Of a DNA stretch of 64,000 nt, positions 7,294 to 17,694 are shown one piece after another. Where the stretch lies: contig NHEF01000005.1 in NCBI GenBank assembly GCA_002171615.1, positions 983 through 64,982 of the forward strand. Direction: 5' to 3'. The notes below the pieces were generated by a model. The model was given only the letters and a program-made list of their open reading frames with translations, was not told the origin of the DNA and made no database searches. Both the position numbers and the translations under genes were made by a program. This stretch comes from Gammaproteobacteria bacterium TMED78 (GTDB taxonomy: Bacteria; Pseudomonadota; Gammaproteobacteria; Steroidobacterales; Rariloculaceae). Position 1 is the stretch's first letter; each line of letters starts with the position of its first letter.

Positions 7294-9666
7294 TTGAAAG
7301 TAAATACTGAATGGTTAAAAGATTGGGTTGAGTTTGATTGTGATCCAGAATCATTAGCAAATGATTTGACAATCCTTGGTCTGGAAGTGGCTTCAATTAC
7401 TAAACCTATCCTAAGCTTGGATAAAGTACTTGTAGCTAAGATTATCGATATCAAGCCTCATTCTAATGCTGATCAATTATCTTTATGTATTGTTGATGAT
7501 GGTAATAATTTAAGTGAAGTTATTTGCGGTGCGAAAAATGTTAGAAAGGGCCTCAAGGTAGCTTTTGCTCCAGTTAATACAATACTCCCTAATCAAGTCA
7601 AAATTAAGAAAGCTAAAATTAGAGGATTAGCTTCTTTAGGTATGATTTGCTCAGCAGAAGAGTTGTGTTTAGAAGATAAATCTAGCGGTATATTAGAATT
7701 ACCTGATGATGCTCCTATAGGTCAGCTCTTTTCTGTATATTTGAAAAGTGATGATTATGTTATCGATATTGATTTGACTCCAAATAGAGCTGATTGTTTT
7801 AGTATTTATGGCGTTTCTAGGGAAATTGCCGCTCATCTAGGTAAGACCCTTTTAAAGCCAAAGTTAAAGAAAGCTAATATTGATCATAAAGAACAGTTAA
7901 AGTTAGAAATAAAAGAACCTAAAGCCTGCCCTAAATATATAGGAAGAGTACTAACTAATATAAATAATAAGCTTGATTCCCCTATTTGGTTAAAGGAAAG
8001 GCTCAGAAGAAATGGCTTAAGAACTATAAATCCAATAGTAGATATAACAAATTATGTCATGCTAGAGATTGGCCAACCTCTTCATAGTTTTGATTTTACA
8101 AAAATTGATTCATCAGTTGTTGTTAGATTCGCTAAAAAAAACGAAAAGATCAAACTTCTTGATTCGAAAGTAATTGAGCTAAATCCTGATACATTAATGA
8201 TTACAGATAAGTCTGGTCCAATAGCTATTGCAGGTATAATGGGCGGAGATCGTACTGGAGTAACCAACTCAACAGATAGTATTTTTCTTGAGTCTGCATT
8301 TTTTTCTCCAAAAATAATTGCAGGAAAAGCTAGATCATACAATTTACATACTGATGCTTCTATGAGATTCGAAAGAGGTGTTGATTTTGAAATACAAGAA
8401 ATAGCTATTGAAATGGCTTCTAAGCTATTAGTTGATATTACTGGGGCAAAATGCGGCTCCTTAATCAATATATCAGAAGAGAGTCAATACCCAAAAAGAG
8501 AAGATATTATTTTAAGAGAGGATAGGCTAGAGACTATTCTAGGTATAAAAATTGATGCTACAAATATCGGTAAGTATTTAGATTCATTAGGCTTTTCATA
8601 TAAATTAATTTCTGGAGGGTTAAAAGTCACTCCCCCTAGTTACAGGTTTGACCTATCAATAGAGGAAGATTTAATCGAAGAGATTGCTAGGTTATATGGC
8701 TATGACAATATCCCAGTAATCTCTAGTGAGATAAGTGAGAAATTAGGGTACGCTAAAGAAGGGTTTTTTAGTAAAGATTCTATTTCAGATATACTTGTTT
8801 CAATGGGTTATAATGAATTAATAACTTATAGCTTTATTGATAAAGAAATTGATAGCCTGATTAATAACACAAAAAATCAAATTAGTATAATTAATCCTAT
8901 TTCTTCTGATTTTTCAGTATTGAGAAGTTCTTTATGGCCAGGTCTAATTAATGCGGCTAAGGAAAATTTAAGTCGACAGCACGAAAGAATTAAATTTTTT
9001 GAAATTGGAACAGAGTTTAGTCGAAAGGATAGCAAAATATTAGAGAATCAATCACTTTCAGGAATAATGACAGGTTTGAGGTCTCCAGAGCAATGGGATT
9101 CAGATAATTATTTTTTTGATTTTTTTGATGCGAAGGGCGATGTAGAGGCTTTATTTAGTTTAAATAATAATCTACCTCTATTAAGTTTTGAAAAAAATGA
9201 CCATCAATCATTATGGCCAGGCCAGTCTTCAAGAGTTTATATTGGCGAAAATCCGGTAGGTTGGCTAGGAGTTTTACATCCATTTATACAAAAAAAATTA
9301 TCTTTTCGCTCTCCAGTTGTTTTATTTTCTTTAGATCTAGATGTTATTTTAAGTTCTAAGTTAACTAAGTATAAGGATTTCTCAAAACAACCATTTGTAA
9401 GGCGAGATATATCTTTAATAGTTAAAGAAGCCATATCTTCAGAAGAAGTGATTAATATAATACGTAGAAAATCTTCTAGAGTTATAGAGAAAATTGTTAT
9501 ATTTGATCTCTATAGGGATAAAAATATTGGAATTGGTGTAAAAAGTATGTCTTTAGGCTTGATTTTACAAGATTTTTCACGCACTCTTACAGATGATGAG
9601 GCAGATATTTTAGTGCAATCTGTCCTAGATGATCTGATTGAAAAATTAGACGTTAAGATAAGATAA
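7294..9666 (+). CDS. pheT: Phenylalanine-tRNA ligase beta subunit
   Basis: TTG start. 790 aa with tRNA-binding, B3/4, B5 and FDX-ACB-like regions. Follows pheS. Confidence 0.95.
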   Translation: MKVNTEWLKDWVEFDCDPESLANDLTILGLEVASITKPILSLDKVLVAKIIDIKPHSNADQLSLCIVDDGNNLSEVICGAKNVRKGLKVAFAPVNTILPNQVKIKKAKIRGLASLGMICSAEELCLEDKSSGILELPDDAPIGQLFSVYLKSDDYVIDIDLTPNRADCFSIYGVSREIAAHLGKTLLKPKLKKANIDHKEQLKLEIKEPKACPKYIGRVLTNINNKLDSPIWLKERLRRNGLRTINPIVDITNYVMLEIGQPLHSFDFTKIDSSVVVRFAKKNEKIKLLDSKVIELNPDTLMITDKSGPIAIAGIMGGDRTGVTNSTDSIFLESAFFSPKIIAGKARSYNLHTDASMRFERGVDFEIQEIAIEMASKLLVDITGAKCGSLINISEESQYPKREDIILREDRLETILGIKIDATNIGKYLDSLGFSYKLISGGLKVTPPSYRFDLSIEEDLIEEIARLYGYDNIPVISSEISEKLGYAKEGFFSKDSISDILVSMGYNELITYSFIDKEIDSLINNTKNQISIINPISSDFSVLRSSLWPGLINAAKENLSRQHERIKFFEIGTEFSRKDSKILENQSLSGIMTGLRSPEQWDSDNYFFDFFDAKGDVEALFSLNNNLPLLSFEKNDHQSLWPGQSSRVYIGENPVGWLGVLHPFIQKKLSFRSPVVLFSLDLDVILSSKLTKYKDFSKQPFVRRDISLIVKEAISSEEVINIIRRKSSRVIEKIVIFDLYRDKNIGIGVKSMSLGLILQDFSRTLTDDEADILVQSVLDDLIEKLDVKIR

Positions 9667-9689
9667 TTTATTTCTCGTGAGTTAGTTTT

Positions 9690-9989
9690 ATGACTTTAAC
9701 AAAATCTGAAATCGCTCAGTCTTTATTTGAAGAATTGGGTTTAAACAAAAGAGAAGCTAGTGAATTTATTGATTGTTTTTTCGAAGACCTTAAAGATTCC
9801 CTCTCTTCAGCTGAGCAAGTGAAAATTTCAGGATTTGGAAATTTTGATTTAAGAGATAAAGACCAGAGGCCAGGCAGGAATCCTAAGACAGGTCAAGATG
9901 TTCCTATAACTGCTAGGAGGGTAGTCACTTTTAAGCCGGGCCAGAAGCTCAAGGCTAGAGTAGAAGCGTATGCTGGAAGCAGCGAATAA
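9690..9989 (+). CDS. ihfA: Integration host factor alpha subunit
   Basis: [41 protein letters not shown] is the canonical IHF-alpha/HU fold. Follows pheT as in other Gammaproteobacteria. Confidence 0.9.
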   Translation: MTLTKSEIAQSLFEELGLNKREASEFIDCFFEDLKDSLSSAEQVKISGFGNFDLRDKDQRPGRNPKTGQDVPITARRVVTFKPGQKLKARVEAYAGSSE

Positions 9990-10326
9990 TAAGGAATTAC
10001 CTCCAATACCTGGTAAAAGGTATTTTACTATTGGTGAGGTGAGTAATCTTTGCGCTGTAAAGCCTCATGTTTTAAGATACTGGGAACAAGAGTTTCCTCA
10101 ATTAACTCCTCTTAAAAGACGCGGAAATAGACGATACTATCAGCATCAGGATGTACTTATGATCAGACAAATTAGAAGCCTGTTGTATGAAGAAGGCTTT
10201 ACTATAGGCGGGGCAAGACAAAGACTAATAGGAGACGAATCTCGTTCTGATCAATCACAAAGCAAACAAATAGTTAAAGAAGTGAGACAAGGCTTAGAAG
10301 AAATATTGAAGATTGCAAGAAGATAA
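9970..10326 (+). CDS. MerR-family transcriptional regulator
   Basis: N-terminal MerR helix-turn-helix ([25 protein letters not shown]). Overlaps the ihfA 3' end by 20 nt. Confidence 0.8.
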   Translation: MLEAANNKELPPIPGKRYFTIGEVSNLCAVKPHVLRYWEQEFPQLTPLKRRGNRRYYQHQDVLMIRQIRSLLYEEGFTIGGARQRLIGDESRSDQSQSKQIVKEVRQGLEEILKIARR

Positions 10327-10387
10327 TCACTTTCAATTTATTTAATACCATCATTATATAAGTAGTTTATATGCTCCCAACTATATT

Positions 10388-10464
10388 CGGGGCGTGGCGC
10401 AGTCTGGTAGCGCACTTGGCTGGGGGTCAAGTGGTCACAAGTTCAAATCTTGTCGTCCCGACCA
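10388..10464 (+). tRNA. tRNA-Pro (anticodon GGG), CCA encoded
   Basis: Hand-folded cloverleaf. Acceptor stem CGGGGCG/CGTCCCG with one G-U pair. D arm GCGC-AGTCTGGTA-GCGC. Anticodon arm CTTGG-CTGGGGG-TCAAG. T arm ACAAG-TTCAAAT-CTTGT. Discriminator A plus CCA, followed by T8. Confidence 0.9.
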
Positions 10465-10529
10465 TTTTTTTTAACAAATATATTATTTGTAGTATATTAA
10501 AATATTATGCTAACTATAAGGAAGCAATT

Positions 10530-10952
10530 ATGAATAAGTATATTTTGTTATTATTGGTGTCATTAATTTTGATAACTGCTTGTGAGAATGAGGACAATAT
10601 ATCAGATAATAGTTTACTGACCCAAGCTGAGGCTGTTATAGATAACTTCCCTGATCCTTATACTTTTATAGATTCACTTAATACACCTATTAACACTTTG
10701 GTTGAATCTGAGCCAATATTGGTATCAGGAATTAATGCTCCTGTTTTAATTGATATTATTGGCGGTTCTTATAGTATTGATGGAGGGGCTTTTACAAGCC
10801 AACCTGGGCAAGTTGAGTCTGGTCAGTCAGTTGTTGTTAGTCATACAAGCTCCAGTGAAAATGGCGATGTAACGAGTACATTTTTAACTATAGGCGGATA
10901 TACAGATAATTTTTCTTCTCTAACAGAAGTGGAAATTAGCGATAATGAGTAA
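10530..10952 (+). CDS. Small lipoprotein of unknown function
   Basis: ATG at 10530 is preceded by AAGGAAG. Lipobox LILITAC. The longer ORF-track start at 10371 would run through the tRNA. The 3' end overlaps the ilvD start by 8 nt. Confidence 0.6.
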   Translation: MNKYILLLLVSLILITACENEDNISDNSLLTQAEAVIDNFPDPYTFIDSLNTPINTLVESEPILVSGINAPVLIDIIGGSYSIDGGAFTSQPGQVESGQSVVVSHTSSSENGDVTSTFLTIGGYTDNFSSLTEVEISDNE

Positions 10953-12633
10953 CGATCAGGAAGTTGATCAACGAAAACACTCTAAAGTCATAGTTGATGG
11001 ATATGAGAAAGCACCTAGTAGAGCTATGCTTAGGGCTGTAGGCTTTAAAAGTAGTGATTTTCAAAAGCCACAAATTGGTGTGGTATCTACTGGAAGTATG
11101 ATTACACCATGCAATATGCATTTAAATTCCCTTGCAGATATTGCTGCTAATTCTGTTGATCAGTCAGGAGGAAAAAGCCTTATATTTAATACAATTACCG
11201 TATCAGATGGAATATCTATGGGCACTCAGGGAATGCGGTATTCTTTGGTGTCAAGGGAGGTTATAGCTGATTCTATTGAAGCTGTTGTGGCAGGCGAGGG
11301 ATTTGATGGCTTGATAGCTATAGGGGGCTGTGATAAGAATATCCCTGCCTGTGCGATGGCGATGGCAAGGTTAGATAGACCCTCTATTTTTATTTATGGA
11401 GGCACTATTCAACCTGGACCAAATAATACAGATATAGTCTCTGTTTTTGAGGCTGTAGGTAGCTATGCATCTGGCTCTATCAGTGAAAAAGAGTTTAAAC
11501 AAATAGAGTCAACAGCAATTCCTGGGCCAGGATCTTGTGCTGGTATGTATACAGCAAACACTATGGCATCTGCTATAGAGACACTTGGCTTGAGCTTAGC
11601 AAATAGTTCAGCTCAGGAGGCTGTTTCTGATTCAAAGAAAGTTGATTGTGACAATGCAGGAAAAGCTCTTATGCATCTTATAAAAAGAGGGATAAAGCCA
11701 TCAGATATACTCTCAAAAGATTCTTTTGAAAATGCCATTACTGTAATTATTGCACTTGGTGGATCTACCAATGCAGTTCTTCATCTATTGGCAATGGCCC
11801 ATGATGCTTCTATAGATCTATCTTTAAGTGACTTTACAAGAATTGGTGCTAATGTTCCTGTCTTGGGTGATCTAAGACCAAGCGGTAAACATATGATGTC
11901 TGAATTGATCTCTATTGGAGGGATCCAACCATTGATGAAAATATTACTCGAAGAAGGTTTGTTAAATGGAGATTGCTTAACTGTTTCTGGTAAAACGTTA
12001 TCTGAAAATCTAACTAATGTTAAGCCTTATCCATATGGACAGGAGATAATTAAGCCTTTAAACAATCCTATTAAAAAAGATAGCCATTTGGCTATACTCT
12101 ATGGAAATTTAGCCCCAGAAGGTGCAGTAGCAAAAATTTCAGGCAAAGAAGGTACTGAGTTTAAAGGAAGGGCTCGAGTGTTTCATTCAGAAGAGGAGGC
12201 TCTGAATGCTATTTTGAATGATAAGATTGTTTCCGGAGATATAGTAGTTATTAGATATGAGGGGCCTAAAGGAGGGCCAGGCATGAGAGAGATGCTTAGT
12301 CCTACTGGAGCTATAATAGGGAAAGGGTTAGGAGATAGCGTAGCATTAATTACTGATGGTCGATTTTCTGGAGGAAGCCATGGCTTTGTTGTTGGGCATA
12401 TAACTCCAGAAGCAGCCTTAGGTGGACCTATTGCTATTATAGAAGAAAATGATCAAATAATAATCAATAGTGAATTAAAAACTATTAATTTAGATCTTGG
12501 TGATTCAGCTATCAGTGATAGATTAGAAAGGTGGCAACCGCCCGAAGCTAAATCTAAATCAGGTTTGCTATCTAAGTATGCAAGATTAGTGAGTTCCGCT
12601 TCTCTAGGGGCTGTAACTGATATTGAGGAATAG
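10945..12633 (+). CDS. ilvD: Dihydroxy-acid dehydratase
   Basis: 562 aa with typical IlvD/Edd motifs ([38 protein letters not shown]). Confidence 0.95.
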   Translation: MSNDQEVDQRKHSKVIVDGYEKAPSRAMLRAVGFKSSDFQKPQIGVVSTGSMITPCNMHLNSLADIAANSVDQSGGKSLIFNTITVSDGISMGTQGMRYSLVSREVIADSIEAVVAGEGFDGLIAIGGCDKNIPACAMAMARLDRPSIFIYGGTIQPGPNNTDIVSVFEAVGSYASGSISEKEFKQIESTAIPGPGSCAGMYTANTMASAIETLGLSLANSSAQEAVSDSKKVDCDNAGKALMHLIKRGIKPSDILSKDSFENAITVIIALGGSTNAVLHLLAMAHDASIDLSLSDFTRIGANVPVLGDLRPSGKHMMSELISIGGIQPLMKILLEEGLLNGDCLTVSGKTLSENLTNVKPYPYGQEIIKPLNNPIKKDSHLAILYGNLAPEGAVAKISGKEGTEFKGRARVFHSEEEALNAILNDKIVSGDIVVIRYEGPKGGPGMREMLSPTGAIIGKGLGDSVALITDGRFSGGSHGFVVGHITPEAALGGPIAIIEENDQIIINSELKTINLDLGDSAISDRLERWQPPEAKSKSGLLSKYARLVSSASLGAVTDIEE

Positions 12634-12673
12634 AATAAGTCTTTTTAATTTCCATTTAGTTTAAAATATATAA

Positions 12674-15304
12674 ATGAAAAAAAAAATACAATCAAAAAAT
12701 ATGATAAGCGAAGGTGAATATTTAAACCCAAGGAACCCGTTTATTGTAATGAAGTTTGGGGGCACTAGTATATCTTCAGCTAATAATTGGAAAACAATTA
12801 TAAGTATAATAAAGAAGAAAATAGATAATGGCTTTAAGCCTATAATTATAGTTTCAGCATTAGCAGGGATTTCCGATCTTCTAAATTCGTTAACTAAGGA
12901 AACTTCCAGTTCTAAGTTAGATGTATATATAAATGATTTTATTCAGGTTCATGAAAAATTAGCTAAAACTCTAAACGTCTCTTTATCAAGTATTAAGATT
13001 GAGCTTAATTACTTAGAGCAGTTAGTTGAAGGAATAAAGCTTACTGGAGAAATTAACGATAAAGTTATTGCCAGGATTATGGCATCTGGGGAGATTTGTT
13101 CATCTCTTCTAGCAGAAGCATATATTAAGAAGCAGAAAATAATTACTAATTTACTTGATGCAAAAGAATTATTAAAAAGTAACTTAGATAGTGACTCAAG
13201 ATCTTATTACTTTAATGCTACTTGTAATTTTGATGTTGATAAGCTTTTAATTAAGAGATTCAATGATATAGATGGAGTTATACTGACTCAAGGTTTTATT
13301 GCTGAAGGAAAAGATAGTGATACTGTTCTTTTGGGTAGGGGAGGTTCTGATACTTCAGCATCCTATATAGCTTCAATTATTCAGGCTAAACATCTTGAAA
13401 TATGGACTGATGTCCCAGGAATTTTCAGTGCAAACCCTCATATTATTTCTTCAGCAAGATTAATTAAATCACTCACATATGAAGAAGCTCAGGAGATTTC
13501 ATCAGCCGGTGGTTCTGTACTTCACCCAAGGAGCATTCGTCCTGCAAAGTTATCAAATATTCCAATTTATATAAAATCTACCAAAGATCCTGATTTAAGA
13601 GGAACGCTAATTTCAACCCAAATGAACGAAATGGGTGCCCAATTAAAGGCCGTCTCTCAAAAAAACGATGTAGTATTGATTTCTATGGAGTCGATTGATA
13701 TGTGGCATAAGGTTGGTTATGTTGCAGATATTTTTAACGTATTTCGTAAAAATAATATTTCAATAGATTTAATATCTACTTCAGAAAGTAATATTACTGT
13801 TACGATTGATAATTATAGCGACTCTATTGATAGAGAACTAATTAATAAACTTGTGGAAAAATTAACATCATTATGTAAGGTTTCTGTAAGGTATGATTGT
13901 TCAGCAATTACTTTAGTTGGAAGAAAGATAAGAACTATTCTTAATGAATTTTCACCTATTTTTGACGTATTTAGAGAAAATAAGATTCATATGGTTACTC
14001 AAGCATCTAATGATTTAAATTTTACTTTTGTTATTGATTCTGAGCTAAGCTATAAAATTATTCATAAGATACATAGAGTTCTGACTAAAAATTTTAGCGA
14101 GGATAGTATTTTTGGAAAGACCTGGGAGCAACTTACTACTACAATAAAAAAAGAAAGTAATAAGAATTCTATAAAACCCTGGTTTATAGAAAAGAAGGAA
14201 AAAATACTAGAGATTGCTAAAAAAGAAGAAAATATTTATTTATATGACTCCGAAAGTATAATTAAGGCCTTGCTAGAGCTTAAGTCTTTAAGTTCAGTGA
14301 GTAGGATATTTTATGCAATGAAGGCAAATTCTAATATTGAGATTTTAAAAATTATAGAATCTTATGGTTTAAATTTTGAGTGCGTTTCTATTGGTGAGAT
14401 TAAAAGAGTGTTAAATTTATTTCCAAGTATTGATAGAAAAAGACTTCTTTATACGCCAAACTTTGCTTCCAAGGATGAAATTAAATGGGCTTTAGAACAA
14501 AATATATTTTTTACATTAGATAACCTATATCCGCTAGAGAAGTGGCCTGAGTTATTTGCTAATAAGGAAATTTTTATTAGGCTTGATACTGGTTCTGGAT
14601 CAGGTCATCATGAGCATGTTAAAACAGCAGGTATTTTATCTAAGTTTGGTATACCGTTATCAGAGATAGGTGATTTAAAGAGAATATCTGAAAATATTAA
14701 ATTAAAAATTATAGGATTTCATGCACATACTGGTAGCGGTATTTTTGATGCTGATAATTGGAAATCTATAGGTGAGATACTAATGTCCTTGACACATACT
14801 TTTCCTACGGTTAAATATCTTGATTTAGGAGGCGGTATTGGCATTCCTGAAAAAATAGGTGATGAGCCAATTGATTTGATTAAATTAGAAACATCTATTG
14901 GATCATTAAATGCTAATGATAAGGATTTAGAGATTTGGCTTGAGCCTGGAAGGTATATAGTGGGGCAAGCAGGAGCATTAATCTCTAGAGTCACACAAAC
15001 TAAAGGTAAGGGTAAGATGAAATATTTAGGTATTTCTACTGGAATGAATAGTCTAATTAGGCCTGCCTTATATGGCGCTTACCATGAGATATTCAATTTA
15101 TCGAGTAATGACAATAGTAAAGAGCATGAAATAGTTACTGTAGTTGGACCAATATGCGAAACAGGAGATAGGCTAGGCTCTGATAGATTGCTCCCGCCTT
15201 CAAATGAAGGAGATGTTATTCTTATTTCTAATGTTGGTGCCTATGGATACTCAATGAGCTCAAATTATAATCTGAGAGATCCTGCTATCGAGATAATAAT
15301 CTAA
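12674..15304 (+). CDS. Bifunctional aspartokinase / diaminopimelate decarboxylase (LysC-LysA fusion)
   Basis: The N-terminal ~470 aa has the aspartokinase signature VMKFGGTSISS, LGRGGSDTSA and ACT-like repeats. The C-terminal ~400 aa is an Orn/DAP decarboxylase (YAMKAN PLP-Lys motif, HAHTGSG, EPGRYIVG, CETGD). Confidence 0.85.
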   Translation: MKKKIQSKNMISEGEYLNPRNPFIVMKFGGTSISSANNWKTIISIIKKKIDNGFKPIIIVSALAGISDLLNSLTKETSSSKLDVYINDFIQVHEKLAKTLNVSLSSIKIELNYLEQLVEGIKLTGEINDKVIARIMASGEICSSLLAEAYIKKQKIITNLLDAKELLKSNLDSDSRSYYFNATCNFDVDKLLIKRFNDIDGVILTQGFIAEGKDSDTVLLGRGGSDTSASYIASIIQAKHLEIWTDVPGIFSANPHIISSARLIKSLTYEEAQEISSAGGSVLHPRSIRPAKLSNIPIYIKSTKDPDLRGTLISTQMNEMGAQLKAVSQKNDVVLISMESIDMWHKVGYVADIFNVFRKNNISIDLISTSESNITVTIDNYSDSIDRELINKLVEKLTSLCKVSVRYDCSAITLVGRKIRTILNEFSPIFDVFRENKIHMVTQASNDLNFTFVIDSELSYKIIHKIHRVLTKNFSEDSIFGKTWEQLTTTIKKESNKNSIKPWFIEKKEKILEIAKKEENIYLYDSESIIKALLELKSLSSVSRIFYAMKANSNIEILKIIESYGLNFECVSIGEIKRVLNLFPSIDRKRLLYTPNFASKDEIKWALEQNIFFTLDNLYPLEKWPELFANKEIFIRLDTGSGSGHHEHVKTAGILSKFGIPLSEIGDLKRISENIKLKIIGFHAHTGSGIFDADNWKSIGEILMSLTHTFPTVKYLDLGGGIGIPEKIGDEPIDLIKLETSIGSLNANDKDLEIWLEPGRYIVGQAGALISRVTQTKGKGKMKYLGISTGMNSLIRPALYGAYHEIFNLSSNDNSKEHEIVTVVGPICETGDRLGSDRLLPPSNEGDVILISNVGAYGYSMSSNYNLRDPAIEIII

Positions 15305-15306
15305 TA

Positions 15307-15594
15307 TTATTTATTTCTTTTCTCTAGTTCTGATACAACTTCCTCTAATTTAATTTCTTTTAAGTTAAGTAATACTAATAAATGATAAATCAGATCAGCA
15401 GATTCATATATGACCCTAGAGCTATCTTCTTTGGTAGCGGCAATAATAATTTCTGTTGCCTCTTCGCCTATTTTTTTACATATCTCTAGTTCACCTTTTT
15501 TGATTAGGCTTGCCGTATAGCTATTTTCATTATTATTAGTAATCCGATCATTGATTACATTCTCTAATGTATTAAGAAAATTTAAATTAGACAT
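15307..15594 (-). CDS. hisE: Phosphoribosyl-ATP pyrophosphatase, stand-alone HisE
   Basis: 95 aa with SYTASLIKKG...KIGEEATEIIIA...ESADLIYHLLVLL, the canonical HisE/MazG-like helices. Last gene of the his cluster. Confidence 0.85.
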   Translation of the reverse strand: MSNLNFLNTLENVINDRITNNNENSYTASLIKKGELEICKKIGEEATEIIIAATKEDSSRVIYESADLIYHLLVLLNLKEIKLEEVVSELEKRNK

Positions 15595-16376
15595 TATTTT
15601 TCTCCTTTTACCGGCCTCACATTAATTTTTTGTGATATTAAGTATTTTTTTAAATCATTTATTGAGATTTTTCCTGAGTGAAATATAGATGCTGCCAGAG
15701 CACCATCTACATTGGCTTGATTAAAAACTTCATCAAAATGAGATAATTTCCCAGCACCTCCAGATGCAATTAAAGGTACTTTACATAGTTTACGTATTTT
15801 TTGTAACTGGCTAATATCATAACCTTCCTGGACACCGTCTTTATTCATACAGTTCAGAACTATCTCTCCAGCACCTCTTTTTTGTACTTCTTTAGCCCAA
15901 TCTTTTGTCTTTCGGTTTGAAGATGAGCTTAACTTAGTATTACCAGTATATTTATATACATAATATTCATTATTAATTAAAAGACTATCTATCCCAATAA
16001 CTACACATTGTGATCCAAACCTATCAGCAAGGATATTAATTAAATCAGGATTAATAAGAGCTGGTGTATTTATTGAAATTTTATCAGCTCCTCTATTTAA
16101 TATTTCTTCAGCATCATCTATGGATCTAATACCACCAGCGACACAAAAAGGTATATTAAGAATCGAAGCTACAGCATTGACCCATGTTCTATCAACAACT
16201 CTTTTATCAGGACTAGCTGTAATGTCATAAAAAACTAATTCGTCGGCTCCTTCATTTTTATATCGGGCAGCAAGATTTAAGATATCACCCATTACAACAT
16301 GGTTTTTAAATTTTACTCCTTTGACGACTTTTCCATTTTTTACATCTAGACAAGGTATTATTCTTTTAGTAAGTAT
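15594..16376 (-). CDS. hisF: Imidazole glycerol phosphate synthase cyclase subunit
   Basis: The ORF track starts at Met 16292. The conserved HisF N-terminus [27 protein letters not shown] is encoded in frame upstream of that. The only start candidate after the in-frame TAA is ATA at 16376, 8 nt after AAAGGAG. Confidence 0.85.
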   Translation of the reverse strand: MLTKRIIPCLDVKNGKVVKGVKFKNHVVMGDILNLAARYKNEGADELVFYDITASPDKRVVDRTWVNAVASILNIPFCVAGGIRSIDDAEEILNRGADKISINTPALINPDLINILADRFGSQCVVIGIDSLLINNEYYVYKYTGNTKLSSSSNRKTKDWAKEVQKRGAGEIVLNCMNKDGVQEGYDISQLQKIRKLCKVPLIASGGAGKLSHFDEVFNQANVDGALAASIFHSGKISINDLKKYLISQKINVRPVKGEK

Positions 16377-17095
16377 TTTATTATCTCCTTTTTATTTATA
16401 TTACCCTCTAATAAGGCTTTACCAGATATTGCTTGATATACACCAGTATCTATTAATGATTTGATATCCTTTTCATCTCTTATGCCACCAGATGCCTGGA
16501 ATTTTATAGATGGCCAATACTCAACACATTTTTTATATAGATTTAAATTAGGCCCTGCAAGAGCTCCGTCTTTAGATATATCAGTACATAAAATGTATTT
16601 AATTTTATTTTTATTATAGCTTTCAATGGCATCCCATAACGAGATATCTGTATTTTTTTTCCAGCCATGAGTTGAAACCATTGGTGTATCATTAATATCA
16701 AGCCTAACATCTAATGCTAAAATTATTGATTCTGGACTAAATCGATCAATCCAAGAATTAACTAATTGAGGATCACTTATTGATTTGCTACCAATAACGA
16801 CTCTCTCAACAATATCCAAGGCCTTTTCTAATGTTTCTGTAGATCTAATGCCACCACCTAGTTGGATATTTATATCTGTATTATCTTTTATAGATTGAAC
16901 TAATTCTAAGTTATTTAGGGATCCATTAAGAGCCCCATCTAAATCAACAATATGAATCCATGTTGCACCAAGTGATTTATAATTTATAGCAACTTCTAAT
17001 GGAGAAGAGCTGTATAAAGTTGTTTTCTCAAAGTCCCCTTGAAATAGTCTTACACATTTTCCATCTCTTATATCGATTGAAGGTAGCAAGAACAT
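16358..17095 (-). CDS. hisA: ProFAR isomerase
   Basis: [20 protein letters not shown] plus ASGGIRD motifs. Position between hisH and hisF. Confidence 0.9.
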   Translation of the reverse strand: MFLLPSIDIRDGKCVRLFQGDFEKTTLYSSSPLEVAINYKSLGATWIHIVDLDGALNGSLNNLELVQSIKDNTDINIQLGGGIRSTETLEKALDIVERVVIGSKSISDPQLVNSWIDRFSPESIILALDVRLDINDTPMVSTHGWKKNTDISLWDAIESYNKNKIKYILCTDISKDGALAGPNLNLYKKCVEYWPSIKFQASGGIRDEKDIKSLIDTGVYQAISGKALLEGNINKKEIIKYLLKE

Positions 17096-17694
17096 TAATC
17101 AATATCCAAAAAATTCTTTAAAATCATTTCGCCAAAATCTGATGATCTTTCAGGGTGAAATTGTGTTCCAAAAAAATTATCTTTTTCAACTATTGAAGAG
17201 AAAGTTTTGCCATAATCTGTAGTTGCAATAGTATATTGACACTCAGGTAATGAATAGCTATGTACAAAATAAGCAAATTCTTTATCATTAATATTTTTTG
17301 TAATTCTAGATTCAGAAATGCATTTAATTTTATTCCATCCCATATGAGGTACTGGCATATTCTTATTAGCTTCAAATATTTGGGCATTCCCATTGATTAT
17401 ATCTAAACATTCTGCACTTCCCTCATCTGAGCTTGTAAAGAGAAGTTGCATCCCAAGACATATACCTAGTGTCGGCTGTTTGGCATTTACCAAAGTATCT
17501 ATAAGGAAATTATCTTTGATTTTACCCATAGCGCTCGCTGCAGCTCCTACTCCCGGTAGAAAAATATGGCTAGCATTTCTAATTTTGTTGTGAGATGAGG
17601 TAATAGATACATCATATCCAACTCTTTTAAGAGCAAACTGAAGGGAGGATAAATTTGCTCCCGCATAAGCAATAATTATAGGGTTTTTTTTCAC
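17095..17694 (-). CDS. hisH: Imidazole glycerol phosphate synthase glutaminase subunit
   Basis: Class I amidotransferase motifs (LPGVGAA, GICLGMQLL, QFHPE). Confidence 0.9.
   Translation of the reverse strand: MKKNPIIIAYAGANLSSLQFALKRVGYDVSITSSHNKIRNASHIFLPGVGAAASAMGKIKDNFLIDTLVNAKQPTLGICLGMQLLFTSSDEGSAECLDIINGNAQIFEANKNMPVPHMGWNKIKCISESRITKNINDKEFAYFVHSYSLPECQYTIATTDYGKTFSSIVEKDNFFGTQFHPERSSDFGEMILKNFLDID

Noticed and set aside
10371-10529. ORF-track N-terminal extension of the lipoprotein gene (MLPTIFGAWRSLVAHLAGGQVV...)
   Set aside because: This stretch is the tRNA-Pro gene read as protein. The true start is the ATG at 10530, which has an AAGGAAG RBS and a lipoprotein signal peptide.
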